Shown here: one piece after another, positions 28,057 through 36,463 of the stretch | How the letters are laid out: the number at the start of each line of letters is the position of its first letter | Position numbering within the stretch: position 1 is the first letter of the stretch | NCBI GenBank assembly: GCA_964633195.1 | Contig: CAZWFL010000010.1 | Coordinates: 21,732 to 85,731 of the forward strand | DNA from: an uncultured Rikenellaceae bacterium | GTDB lineage: Bacteria; Bacteroidota; Bacteroidia; Bacteroidales; VadinHA17 | DNA: 64,000 nt | Reading direction: 5' to 3' | Notes under the pieces: generated by a model | Databases searched by the model: none | Seen by the model: only the letters and a program-made list of their open reading frames with translations | Told to the model about the DNA's origin: nothing | Made by a program: the position numbers and the translations under genes

Positions 28057-28068
28057 TCAGGTTAAGCT

Positions 28069-29547
28069 ATGATTAAGCCAGGCCAATATCTATATTTCAT
28101 CATTTTCACACTGGTCATTCTTGCCGGATCATGTGCGGACCCTCCTGCCAGGTTTTCAGAGGCAGATTCACTACCTGATATTTACCCTGATTATAAGGAA
28201 GTGGTTATACCCGTTAATATTGCCCCGCTCAACTTCAGGTTGGAAGGAGCGACGGAAAGAATCAGGGTCAGGATTGAAGGACAAGAAGGGGGAAGGATAA
28301 AAGTTAAGGGAAGAAAAAGCATCAGGATACCCCGGGAAAAATGGAAAAGCCTTCTTGAAAACAACAGGGGGAGGAGCTTAATAATGACTATCTTTTCACG
28401 CAACGCGGAAGGTTGGAGCAGATATCTGCCTTTTTCCGTTCATATTGCTGATCACCCGGTCGACCCGTATATTGTTTACAGACGCATTGCCCCCGGATAT
28501 GAAACATGGAGCCGGATGGGAATCTACCAGCGCGATGTTACCTCATTCGCCGAACACACCATAATCGATAACCGCCTTCTTCCGGGAAACTGCATGAATT
28601 GCCATTCCTTCAACAACAACGATCCGGGTCAGATGCTTCTTCACCTGAGGGGCAATGTAACGGGAACTATGCTGGTCAGGAATGGTGAAGCGGTAAAGCT
28701 CAACACAAGGGTTGAGGAGACAGTCTCTCATGGTGTTTATCCCTACTGGCATCCCTCCGGGAACTATATTGCTTTCTCGGTTAATGTAATCTCCCAGGTA
28801 TTTCATTCGAGAAGAGAGAAACGAATAGAGGTAATCGATTCAAAATCAGACCTTGTGATCTATGATGTTGTAAATAATAAGCTGGTATCCAGTCCTCTGA
28901 TCTCGTCGGAGGATAGTTTTGAGACCTTCCCCGCCTTTACTCCCGACGGCAATTCACTTGTGTTTTGTACAGCTGAGAAAAGGGAGGTGCCGGATGAATA
29001 TGACAGAGTTAAGTACAGCCTTTGCAGGATTTCATTTGATCCGGTAACAGGGTATTTCGGGGAACAGATCGATACCCTTTTTAGTTCGGCAAAGACAGGA
29101 AAAAGTGTTTCTTATCCGAGAATATCACCTGATGGACGTTATCTGGTATTTACCCTGTCAGATTACGGAAATTTTTCAATCTGGCACAGGGAAGCAGATC
29201 TTTATCAGCTTGACATGGGCACGGGCGAATATAAACCTGCGAAGGCCGTTAACAGCAATGAGACCGAAAGCTACCATTCATGGTCATCCTGTTCCCGGTG
29301 GCTCCTCTTCAGTAGCAGAAGGGCAGACGGACTATATACTCATCCGTACATGGCATACATGGGTGAAGACGGGAATTTCAGGAAACCATTCCTTCTGCCT
29401 CAGAGAAATCCTGATCATTATGACATGTCGCTGACATCCTTCAATGTCCCGGAATTTGTAACAGGTAAGGTAAAGGCAAACGGCAGGTCAATGTTCAGGG
29501 CTATTGGTTCGTCAGGCAAAAATGTTACTTTTGAGCTCAAAGAATGA
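28069..29547 (+). CDS. PD40 (TolB-like beta-propeller) repeat lipoprotein with a single CxxCH motif
   Basis: 492 aa. Lipobox LAGSC. CMNCH at aa 175-179 (nt 28591-28605). PD40-like repeats (FTPDGNSLVF, ISPDGRYLVF, WSSCSRWLLFSSRR). Confidence 0.5.
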   Translation: MIKPGQYLYFIIFTLVILAGSCADPPARFSEADSLPDIYPDYKEVVIPVNIAPLNFRLEGATERIRVRIEGQEGGRIKVKGRKSIRIPREKWKSLLENNRGRSLIMTIFSRNAEGWSRYLPFSVHIADHPVDPYIVYRRIAPGYETWSRMGIYQRDVTSFAEHTIIDNRLLPGNCMNCHSFNNNDPGQMLLHLRGNVTGTMLVRNGEAVKLNTRVEETVSHGVYPYWHPSGNYIAFSVNVISQVFHSRREKRIEVIDSKSDLVIYDVVNNKLVSSPLISSEDSFETFPAFTPDGNSLVFCTAEKREVPDEYDRVKYSLCRISFDPVTGYFGEQIDTLFSSAKTGKSVSYPRISPDGRYLVFTLSDYGNFSIWHREADLYQLDMGTGEYKPAKAVNSNETESYHSWSSCSRWLLFSSRRADGLYTHPYMAYMGEDGNFRKPFLLPQRNPDHYDMSLTSFNVPEFVTGKVKANGRSMFRAIGSSGKNVTFELKE

Positions 29548-29554
29548 AATCTGT

Positions 29555-30709
29555 ATGCTGAAGAAGTATTTTATATTCCTGCCCGCTGTTCAGGGAAGCT
29601 TTGATGAGGAGTGGGAACAGTGTCTCAGGGAGGTTGATAAGAGTTCAGGGATGGGTAACAGGTTCCTTAAGATGAATGTCTTCTGTGACCTTCCCCGTTA
29701 TTCAGAATATCTGAACAGGAAAGAAAAAATTCATAAAGAAGTAACCAGATTGTTAGGCGACAGATCACCGGCAATTAATGTTACCGTTCATCCGCCTGAA
29801 AAACCATGGAAGGTAATCGTTGAAGCAGTCGGGCTCCTTTCTGATTCAAAGGAGGTGGTAACCCGGTACCATACTGACCGCCCTTATGTGGTGATCAGCA
29901 CTTCGTCGGGAAAGGAGGTCTGGGGCGCCGGTTTTGGCGCAGGCCAATTCCCGGAAAGTACCAGGGAAGCGGCCGGGGCAGCCTTCGAACAGGTGCTTGA
30001 GGTACTGAACAGGGAAGGATTATCCCTTAATAATATTGTCCGCCAGTGGAATTATATCGGAAATATTCTCTCCGTAAAGGAAGGCTTCCAGAATTATCAG
30101 ATCTTTAATGAAGTAAGAAGTGAGTATTATCACAGATACAGAACCATAAAGGGTTTTCCCGCTGCAACGGGAGTGGGAATGGGTCTGGGAGGAGTTATAC
30201 TCGATTTCTGTGCTGTAAGCGAAGGAGAATCATTGAAGATAAAACCTGTAAGTAACCCCAACCAGGTTAACGCATACGAATACGGACAGAAAGTACTGAA
30301 AGGGTTGCCGGATAAGGGAAAAAGTGTAAAGCATCCGCCGCAGTTCGAACGGGCCCTGATGATTTCCAACAACCAGTTCTCAACACTCTATGTTTCAGGT
30401 ACAGCTTCAATAATCGGACAGCAGACGATCGGGAAAAAAGATGTGGAAAAACAGACCCTGGTAACTATTGAAAATATCAGGAAACTGGCTGATACTGAAA
30501 GACTGAGTCAGATAACAGGCAATCCTGAACAACCTTCGGAAAAGTATATTCTTTTACGTGTTTATATCAAGCGCCAGGAGGATTTTTCAGTTGTTAAAGA
30601 GATATGCGCCAGCCATTTTCCTGACGTTCCGGCTGTTTATATTGAAGCTGATATCTGCCGTGACGATCTGCTGACAGAGATTGAAGCAGAGCTTCTGCTG
30701 AAACCGTGA
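29555..30709 (+). CDS. FkbO/Hyg5-like chorismatase (RidA/YjgF-fold C-terminal domain)
   Basis: The track ORF starts at 29504 and would overlap the upstream gene; ATG 29555 is preferred. RQWNYIGNI...YQIFNEVRSEYY and the C-terminal LYVSGTASIIG resemble FkbO/XanB2-type enzymes as I recall them. Confidence 0.45.
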   Translation: MLKKYFIFLPAVQGSFDEEWEQCLREVDKSSGMGNRFLKMNVFCDLPRYSEYLNRKEKIHKEVTRLLGDRSPAINVTVHPPEKPWKVIVEAVGLLSDSKEVVTRYHTDRPYVVISTSSGKEVWGAGFGAGQFPESTREAAGAAFEQVLEVLNREGLSLNNIVRQWNYIGNILSVKEGFQNYQIFNEVRSEYYHRYRTIKGFPAATGVGMGLGGVILDFCAVSEGESLKIKPVSNPNQVNAYEYGQKVLKGLPDKGKSVKHPPQFERALMISNNQFSTLYVSGTASIIGQQTIGKKDVEKQTLVTIENIRKLADTERLSQITGNPEQPSEKYILLRVYIKRQEDFSVVKEICASHFPDVPAVYIEADICRDDLLTEIEAELLLKP

Positions 30710-30739
30710 ATTTAATTAAAATTTAACATCCCCTGTTCA

Positions 30740-33616
30740 ATGAAAAAAGTGTTTTTCTACATGGTACTTTTTTCTCTTTTGCTTAACGGGTGCGTGTCGC
30801 AGGGATGGAAAGAGACAGCAGACGGAGTCGTCGTAACTCTGAAGGGAAAAACAGGACAGGATGCCAGAAAGCTGAAGCTTGAGGTATTCAGCGACAGGAT
30901 AATTCATGTCACAGCTTCACCCGTAAAATACTTTTCGAAGGAGAGCAGCCTCATAGTAGCATCCGCCCACGTCACAGATCCTTCATTCGAAGTACAGGAG
31001 TTAACTGACAGCCTGGTGCTTTCAACACCTCAGGTTAATGCCACCGTATCGCTGACAACCGGACAAGTTGTTTTTTACGACAAAAACTTCAGAATGCTTC
31101 TTAAAGAACCGGTAGGCGGGGGGAGATCATTCAGACAGTTTTCTGTTGAGGGAACAGACGGATATTCAATGACCCAGGTTTTTGAATCACCCCCTGATGA
31201 GGCCTTCTACGGGCTCGGACAACATCAGTCGGATGAGTTCAATTACAAGGGATTGAACGAAAGCCTCTACCAGTACAACACAAAGGTGTCGGTGCCTTTT
31301 CTTGTATCTTCATTTAATTACGGAATACTTTGGGATAATTATTCACTTACGAAATTCGGGGATACCCGCGAATATTCTGATATGGATCTTTTCCGGCTGA
31401 CCGATGAAAATGGTGAAGAGGGAGCACTCACAGCCACATACCGTAGTCTGGCTGATCCTGGAGAAGTTTTACTGAAGAGACGTGAACGCAAAATAGATTA
31501 TGAAAATCTGGAAACGGTAAAAGATCTTCCGGAAGAAATTAACCTTGGGAGATCATCCGTAACCTGGTCAGGAACCATTGAGCCGGAAGAGAACGGACTT
31601 TACCATTTCAGGCTCTATTATGCCGGTTATGTGAAATTATTCATTGATGATGAGGAGGTTGTTGCTGAGCGGTGGCGCACAGCCTGGAACCCGAATACCT
31701 ATAAGTTCAGTAAGGAGATGGATAAAGGCAGGCCATACAGGCTCCGTATTGAATGGAAACCCGATGGCGGAGTCTCCTATATAGGATTGAAGAGCCTGAG
31801 CCCCCGTTCAGCGGAGGATCAGGGCAATCTGACGCTCAGCTCGGAAATGGGGAATCAGATAGACTACTGGTTCATCAGCGGTGACAATATAGATGAAATT
31901 ATAAGCGGATACAGGCAGATCACCGGAAAAGCCCCCATAATGCCAAAATGGTCGCTCGGGTACTGGCAGAGTCGCGAACGATACAGGTCCCAGTCAGAGC
32001 TTCTGGATGTCATAAGGGAGTACCGCAGGAGAGAGATCCCCCTGGATAATATCGTTCTCGACTGGTCCTACTGGCCGGTTGATTCCTGGGGGTCGCACGA
32101 ATTTGATCCGGAATATTTCCCCGATCCGGCAGGAATGGTGAACATGGTTCATAAAATGAATGCCAGAATAATGATATCAGTCTGGCCGAAATTCTATCAT
32201 ACCACCGAACATTTCAATGAGTTTGACAGGAAGGGATGGATGTACAGACAGGCTGTCAACGATAGTATAAGAGACTGGATAGAAGAAGGATACATAGGTT
32301 CTTTCTATGATTCCTACAGTCCCGGTGCACGTGAACTTTTCTGGAACCAGATGAGGGAACACCTCTATACCAAAGGTTTTGATGCCTGGTGGATGGATGC
32401 TTCTGAGCCCGATATACTTTCAAATGCAAGCATTCCATACCGGAAGAGTCTTTCCACACCGACGGCGCTGGGACCATCAGCAAAATATTTCAATACTTAC
32501 GCCCTGGTAAATGCGATGGCAATATATGAGGGTCAGCTCAGCGTCGATCCCGATAAAAGGGTTTTCCTCCTTACACGATCAGGTTTTGCCGGGTTGCAGA
32601 GATACTCCGCGGCCACATGGAGCGGAGACATAGGGGCACGCTGGGAAGAGCTGAAGGCACAGATCCCTGCAGGGCTCAATTTCTCCCTTTCAGGAATACC
32701 CTACTGGACAATGGACATCGGCGGATTCTGCGTGGAGAACAGATATGTGAGAGCTAAAGAGGGATCGGAAGATCTTGAGGAGTGGCGGGAGCTGAATGCC
32801 AGATGGCATCAGTTCGGTGCATTCTGCCCGCTCTTCAGGAGTCACGGTCAGTTTCCCTACCGTGAGATTTATAACATTTCACCGGAAGGTCATCGCGCCT
32901 ATAACAGTATGGTTTATTATAACAAACTGCGCTATTACCTGATGCCATATATATACTCGCTTGCCGGACTTACATATTTCAATGATTATACAATTATGAG
33001 GGCAATGGTGATGGATTTCGGCTATGATCAGAATGTCAGGAATCTTGGCCATCAGTATATGTTCGGGCCCTCATTCCTTGTGGCTCCGGTGGTTGAGTTC
33101 AAGGCACGAAATTGGGATGTCTATTTCCCTTCAGCTTCAGGCTGGTACGATTTCTATACAGGTAATTACATCGCAGGTGGACAGATGGTTCAGGTCGAAG
33201 CACCTTACGAGAGAATCCCGCTGTTTGTAAAAGAGGGATCAATAATACCGACCGGGCCGGAAATACAGCATATAGGAGAAAAACCTGCCGATCCGGTTAC
33301 TCTGCTTGTTTATACCGGCAGATCCTGTGCTTTTACTTTATATGAAGATGAGGGAACAGACTACGGCTATGAAGAGGGGGAGTGCAGTACGATAAAATTC
33401 AGCTTCGACAACGAAACAGGAGAGCTTACCATAGGAGAACGAAACGGGACTTACGATGGAATGCTGCAGGAAAGGAGCTTTAATATTATCTGGATCAGCA
33501 GGGATAATCAGGTCGGATTTAACCCGGGGATGGCACCGCATCAGACTATCAAATACAATGGGAATAAGGTTGTTGTACCCCTGAACCGATCCGCAACGCA
33601 GCTTCAAATTCTATGA
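30740..33616 (+). CDS. GH31 glycoside hydrolase (alpha-xylosidase-like) with a PA14 insertion, lipoprotein
   Basis: 958 aa. Lipobox LNGC. PA14-like segment (GLYHFRLYYAGYVKLFIDDEEV). Nucleophile region FDAWWMDASEPD. Confidence 0.85.
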   Translation: MKKVFFYMVLFSLLLNGCVSQGWKETADGVVVTLKGKTGQDARKLKLEVFSDRIIHVTASPVKYFSKESSLIVASAHVTDPSFEVQELTDSLVLSTPQVNATVSLTTGQVVFYDKNFRMLLKEPVGGGRSFRQFSVEGTDGYSMTQVFESPPDEAFYGLGQHQSDEFNYKGLNESLYQYNTKVSVPFLVSSFNYGILWDNYSLTKFGDTREYSDMDLFRLTDENGEEGALTATYRSLADPGEVLLKRRERKIDYENLETVKDLPEEINLGRSSVTWSGTIEPEENGLYHFRLYYAGYVKLFIDDEEVVAERWRTAWNPNTYKFSKEMDKGRPYRLRIEWKPDGGVSYIGLKSLSPRSAEDQGNLTLSSEMGNQIDYWFISGDNIDEIISGYRQITGKAPIMPKWSLGYWQSRERYRSQSELLDVIREYRRREIPLDNIVLDWSYWPVDSWGSHEFDPEYFPDPAGMVNMVHKMNARIMISVWPKFYHTTEHFNEFDRKGWMYRQAVNDSIRDWIEEGYIGSFYDSYSPGARELFWNQMREHLYTKGFDAWWMDASEPDILSNASIPYRKSLSTPTALGPSAKYFNTYALVNAMAIYEGQLSVDPDKRVFLLTRSGFAGLQRYSAATWSGDIGARWEELKAQIPAGLNFSLSGIPYWTMDIGGFCVENRYVRAKEGSEDLEEWRELNARWHQFGAFCPLFRSHGQFPYREIYNISPEGHRAYNSMVYYNKLRYYLMPYIYSLAGLTYFNDYTIMRAMVMDFGYDQNVRNLGHQYMFGPSFLVAPVVEFKARNWDVYFPSASGWYDFYTGNYIAGGQMVQVEAPYERIPLFVKEGSIIPTGPEIQHIGEKPADPVTLLVYTGRSCAFTLYEDEGTDYGYEEGECSTIKFSFDNETGELTIGERNGTYDGMLQERSFNIIWISRDNQVGFNPGMAPHQTIKYNGNKVVVPLNRSATQLQIL

Positions 33617-33646
33617 TGATTTCATGTACTCATCCCCCAAGCCTTC

Positions 33647-33704
33647 GCCGAAGCTTCGGCTTGCAAAGCCTAACCCCCCTTCTCTGCTTCGCAAAGAAGG
33701 GGGG
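33647..33704. repeat. Left copy of a direct repeat flanking the DUF559 gene: gccgaagctt... plus a C6/G6 hairpin
   Basis: gccgaagcttcggc (a 14-nt palindrome, 33647-33660), then a hairpin ccccccttct (33674-33683) / agaagggggg (33695-33704) with an 11-nt loop. Confidence 0.75.
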
Positions 33705-33744
33705 AATAAGAACCTGGCATACAATATGTTCAGGATGGTAGTGG

Positions 33745-34140
33745 TTATTTATTATCCGGTAGTTTATTCAGGAATGATTCTATTCTTGAAAGTACTTTTT
33801 TGATATTTATAAGTTCATCATTTCTGATTCTGAGTATATTAATGCCAAGATACTGTAATTCGGAATCTCTGAAATGGTCGTATTCCATGGTTGTTTGATG
33901 AACAGGTCCGTCAAGTTCGATAACAGCATTCTTTGAATGGCAATAAAAGTCAGCGATGAAATAATTGTATCTTATCAGATTCCCTTTGTACAGTATTGGA
34001 TGTTGCCGGAGGAATTTGTATCCTGCAAGTTTTCGTCCTCTCAATTCCTCCCAAAGGATTTTCTCGGATTCGGTCATATTTTTTCTGAGTTCACGGGAAT
34101 GGTTCCTGATACTGCTGAAATCAAAATTGCGATATTTCAT
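33745..34140 (-). CDS. DUF559 (Vsr-like) endonuclease domain protein
   Basis: 131 aa. Typical DUF559 pattern SRELRKNMTESEKILWEELRGRKLAGYKFLRQHPI ... ADFYCHSKNAVIELDG. It is the only minus-strand gene between 12.8 and 63.8 kb. Confidence 0.8.
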   Translation of the reverse strand: MKYRNFDFSSIRNHSRELRKNMTESEKILWEELRGRKLAGYKFLRQHPILYKGNLIRYNYFIADFYCHSKNAVIELDGPVHQTTMEYDHFRDSELQYLGINILRIRNDELINIKKVLSRIESFLNKLPDNK

Positions 34141-34178
34141 AGCAAATGATCGTTATATTTGTTATAAATATACGAAAT

Positions 34179-34222
34179 GCCGAAGCTTAAATACCCCCCT
34201 CTTTACGACGTAGAGAGGGGGG
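34179..34222. repeat. Right copy of the direct repeat flanking the DUF559 gene
   Basis: gccgaagctt (34179-34188), then a hairpin cccccctct (34194-34202) / agagggggg (34214-34222) with an 11-nt loop, followed by another G-run (34225-34230). Confidence 0.75.
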
Positions 34223-34373
34223 TAGGGGGGTGAGTACGTGTAATCCGCAATTGAAAGATGGCAGTGGTGGAACTTATAAAAACCTTTTTATTCTTATTTT
34301 AAAAAACCAGATGAAACTTCTCCAGGTTTTACCATAATTACTAATTTAGCAAAAACCAAACCTGAAAACCGAA

Positions 34374-35504
34374 ATGAAAAGAGTTCTGTTATTATCAATC
34401 GTAGTTGTTACAGGCGGATTATTAATCTCTTCCTGCAACCAGGGAGCAAAAAGCAAGGGAACCGTAAGAAAAGAGATATTCGGAACCCATCAGGGTAAGG
34501 AAGTTCATCTTATTACACTTACCAACAAAGCGGGCAACGTAATCAGGGTAACCAACTGGGGAGCCCGTCTCAACTGGATTGAAGTTCCTGACAGGAATGG
34601 GAAGAAAGACAACATTACATTCGGATACGACACCTTTGAAGAGACTATAAAAGGTGATATGTCTTTCGGCTCCACTGTCGGCAGGTATGCCAACAGGATC
34701 GCCAACGGGAAGTTCACTCTTGACGGGGTGGAGTATGATCTCCCCAAAAACAACGGGCCCAATACCCTGCATGGCGGACCGGGCGGTTGGCACAGCGTTG
34801 TGTGGAACACAGAGGTTTTGACAGACAGTGAGTTCCCGGCTGTGAAGTTTACTTATGTTAGTCCCGATATGGAGATGGGCTTTCCCGGTACAATGCAGGT
34901 CGAGTCTGTCTATACCTGGACCGACGACAATGAAATTATAATGGACTACAAATGCACAACCGACAAGCGTACCGTTCTCAATATCACCAATCATGCATAT
35001 TTCAACCTTCAGGGGGCAGGAACGGGTGATATTCTGGGGCATATTCTAACTATGAAGGCCTCTGCTTTCACACCGGTTGATTCAGTCATGATTCCCACAG
35101 GCGAGATACGTCCTGTGGCAGGAACACCATTTGATTTTACCACACCTCATACGATAGGTGAGAGGATAAATGAGGATTATGAGCAGCTGATACTGGGGAG
35201 AGGCTATGACCACAATTACGTGCTTGATAATGTTGAAGAGGTTGATGTCATTGTTTATGAGCCCAACAGCGGCAGGGTTCTGGAGGTGATAACTGACCAG
35301 CCCGGTATGCAGCTTTACGTCGGCAACTTCCTTGACGGCAGCAAGATAGGGCATGGCGGCAAACCCTACACACACAGGTCGGGATTCTGCCTCGAGTCAG
35401 GTCACTTCCCCGACAGCCCCAACAAACCTGATTTCCCTTCAACGGTACTTAGTCCGGGTGAAACATTCAAATCGAGGACTATTTACAGGTTTTCGGTGAG
35501 GTAG
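34374..35504 (+). CDS. galM: Aldose 1-epimerase (galactose mutarotase), lipoprotein
   Basis: 376 aa. GalM-family motifs (NTLHGGPGGW, ITNHAYFNL, YDHNYVL, GFCLESGHFPDSPN). Confidence 0.9.
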   Translation: MKRVLLLSIVVVTGGLLISSCNQGAKSKGTVRKEIFGTHQGKEVHLITLTNKAGNVIRVTNWGARLNWIEVPDRNGKKDNITFGYDTFEETIKGDMSFGSTVGRYANRIANGKFTLDGVEYDLPKNNGPNTLHGGPGGWHSVVWNTEVLTDSEFPAVKFTYVSPDMEMGFPGTMQVESVYTWTDDNEIIMDYKCTTDKRTVLNITNHAYFNLQGAGTGDILGHILTMKASAFTPVDSVMIPTGEIRPVAGTPFDFTTPHTIGERINEDYEQLILGRGYDHNYVLDNVEEVDVIVYEPNSGRVLEVITDQPGMQLYVGNFLDGSKIGHGGKPYTHRSGFCLESGHFPDSPNKPDFPSTVLSPGETFKSRTIYRFSVR

Positions 35505-35531
35505 TAAAATAAAATACTTAAAATGAGCCAC

Positions 35532-35560
35532 AAACAAAGAAAATACTTTCCTTTGTTTTT
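35532..35560 (+). terminator. Weak AT-rich hairpin plus T-run after galM
   Basis: aaacaaag (35532-35539) pairs with ctttgttt (35551-35558), 11-nt loop, followed by tt. Lies at the compositional boundary. Confidence 0.3.
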
Positions 35561-35633
35561 ATGATAATAATGTTAATTTAATACTGGGTTTTCATCGTCT
35601 TTTCTCAAATATGGCAAAAAGAGATTTTTCATT

Positions 35634-35641
35634 TACCTTTG
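35634..35641 (+). promoter_or_regulatory. Candidate Bacteroides -7 promoter box (TAnnTTTG) upstream of the ECF sigma gene
   Basis: TACCTTTG is an exact match to the TAnnTTTG consensus, 47 nt upstream of the ATG at 35688. Confidence 0.25.
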
Positions 35642-35687
35642 GCATATGTATTTCGGGGGAAGCTCGCATTTTATTCGTTGACGGTAG

Positions 35688-36272
35688 ATGAAGCCATTTC
35701 TTTTAGAGAATGAAGATCAGATAATAAGGAGTTTGTCGAAAGGAAATATTCTTGCCTTTAATACCCTGTTCAAGGCGTATAGTGGCCGGCTTTACCGATT
35801 TGCAAATGGTTATCTGAAGTCAGAAGCTGAAGCTGAGGAGCTTGTTCAGGAAGTATTCACGATTATCTGGGAAAAGAGGGCAGGACTTAAATCTGGATTA
35901 TCTTTTAAATCATATTTATTTACAATTGCCTTCAATATTATAAAAAAACATTTCAGAACAAAAGTCTATTTAAATGAATATTTGAAATCCGGACTTGATG
36001 CAGATTTAGATCTTCAAACAACTGAAAAGATCAATTACAATTCACTGGAGAAATACCTTAAGGAGCTTGTTGATAAGCTACCGCCGAGGCGCAGAGAGAT
36101 CTTTATTAAAAGCAGATTTGAAGGATTAAGCATAAAAGAAATATCTGAAGAACTCGAAATCAGTCATAAAACAGTCGAAAACCAGCTAACTGATGCGCTC
36201 AGGTTTATCAGGGCAAACCTTAACCGGGAAAATCTGTCAGCATTTCTGTTTTTTTCATTATTTGTGGTTTAA
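35688..36272 (+). CDS. ECF-type RNA polymerase sigma-70 factor
   Basis: 194 aa. Region 2 (LYRFANGYLKSEAEAEELVQEVF) and region 4 HTH (LSIKEISEELEISHKTVENQL). Followed by FecR and an STN-domain SusC. Confidence 0.9.
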   Translation: MKPFLLENEDQIIRSLSKGNILAFNTLFKAYSGRLYRFANGYLKSEAEAEELVQEVFTIIWEKRAGLKSGLSFKSYLFTIAFNIIKKHFRTKVYLNEYLKSGLDADLDLQTTEKINYNSLEKYLKELVDKLPPRRREIFIKSRFEGLSIKEISEELEISHKTVENQLTDALRFIRANLNRENLSAFLFFSLFVV

Positions 36273-36387
36273 AACCTTAGTAGCGGATAGGTGTATTTGT
36301 GAATTAACGGATATTACTCATAGTGTATTCAACTACACTGGTTTTATAACATATAAGAAATTATGTTAAGGTTAGTTGGTTAGGGTT

Positions 36388-36419
36388 AAAAGCAGTCCTT
36401 CATTTGGAGGACTGCTTTT
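36388..36419 (+). terminator. Perfect 12-bp hairpin between the sigma and anti-sigma genes
   Basis: aaaagcagtcct (36388-36399) pairs with aggactgctttt (36408-36419), 8-nt loop. The 3' arm ends in tttt and is followed by a T-rich tail (tatgtgttttt). Confidence 0.5.
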
Positions 36420-36463
36420 ATGTGTTTTTGGATGTTCGACAACAAATATAGTTTAAAAAAAGT

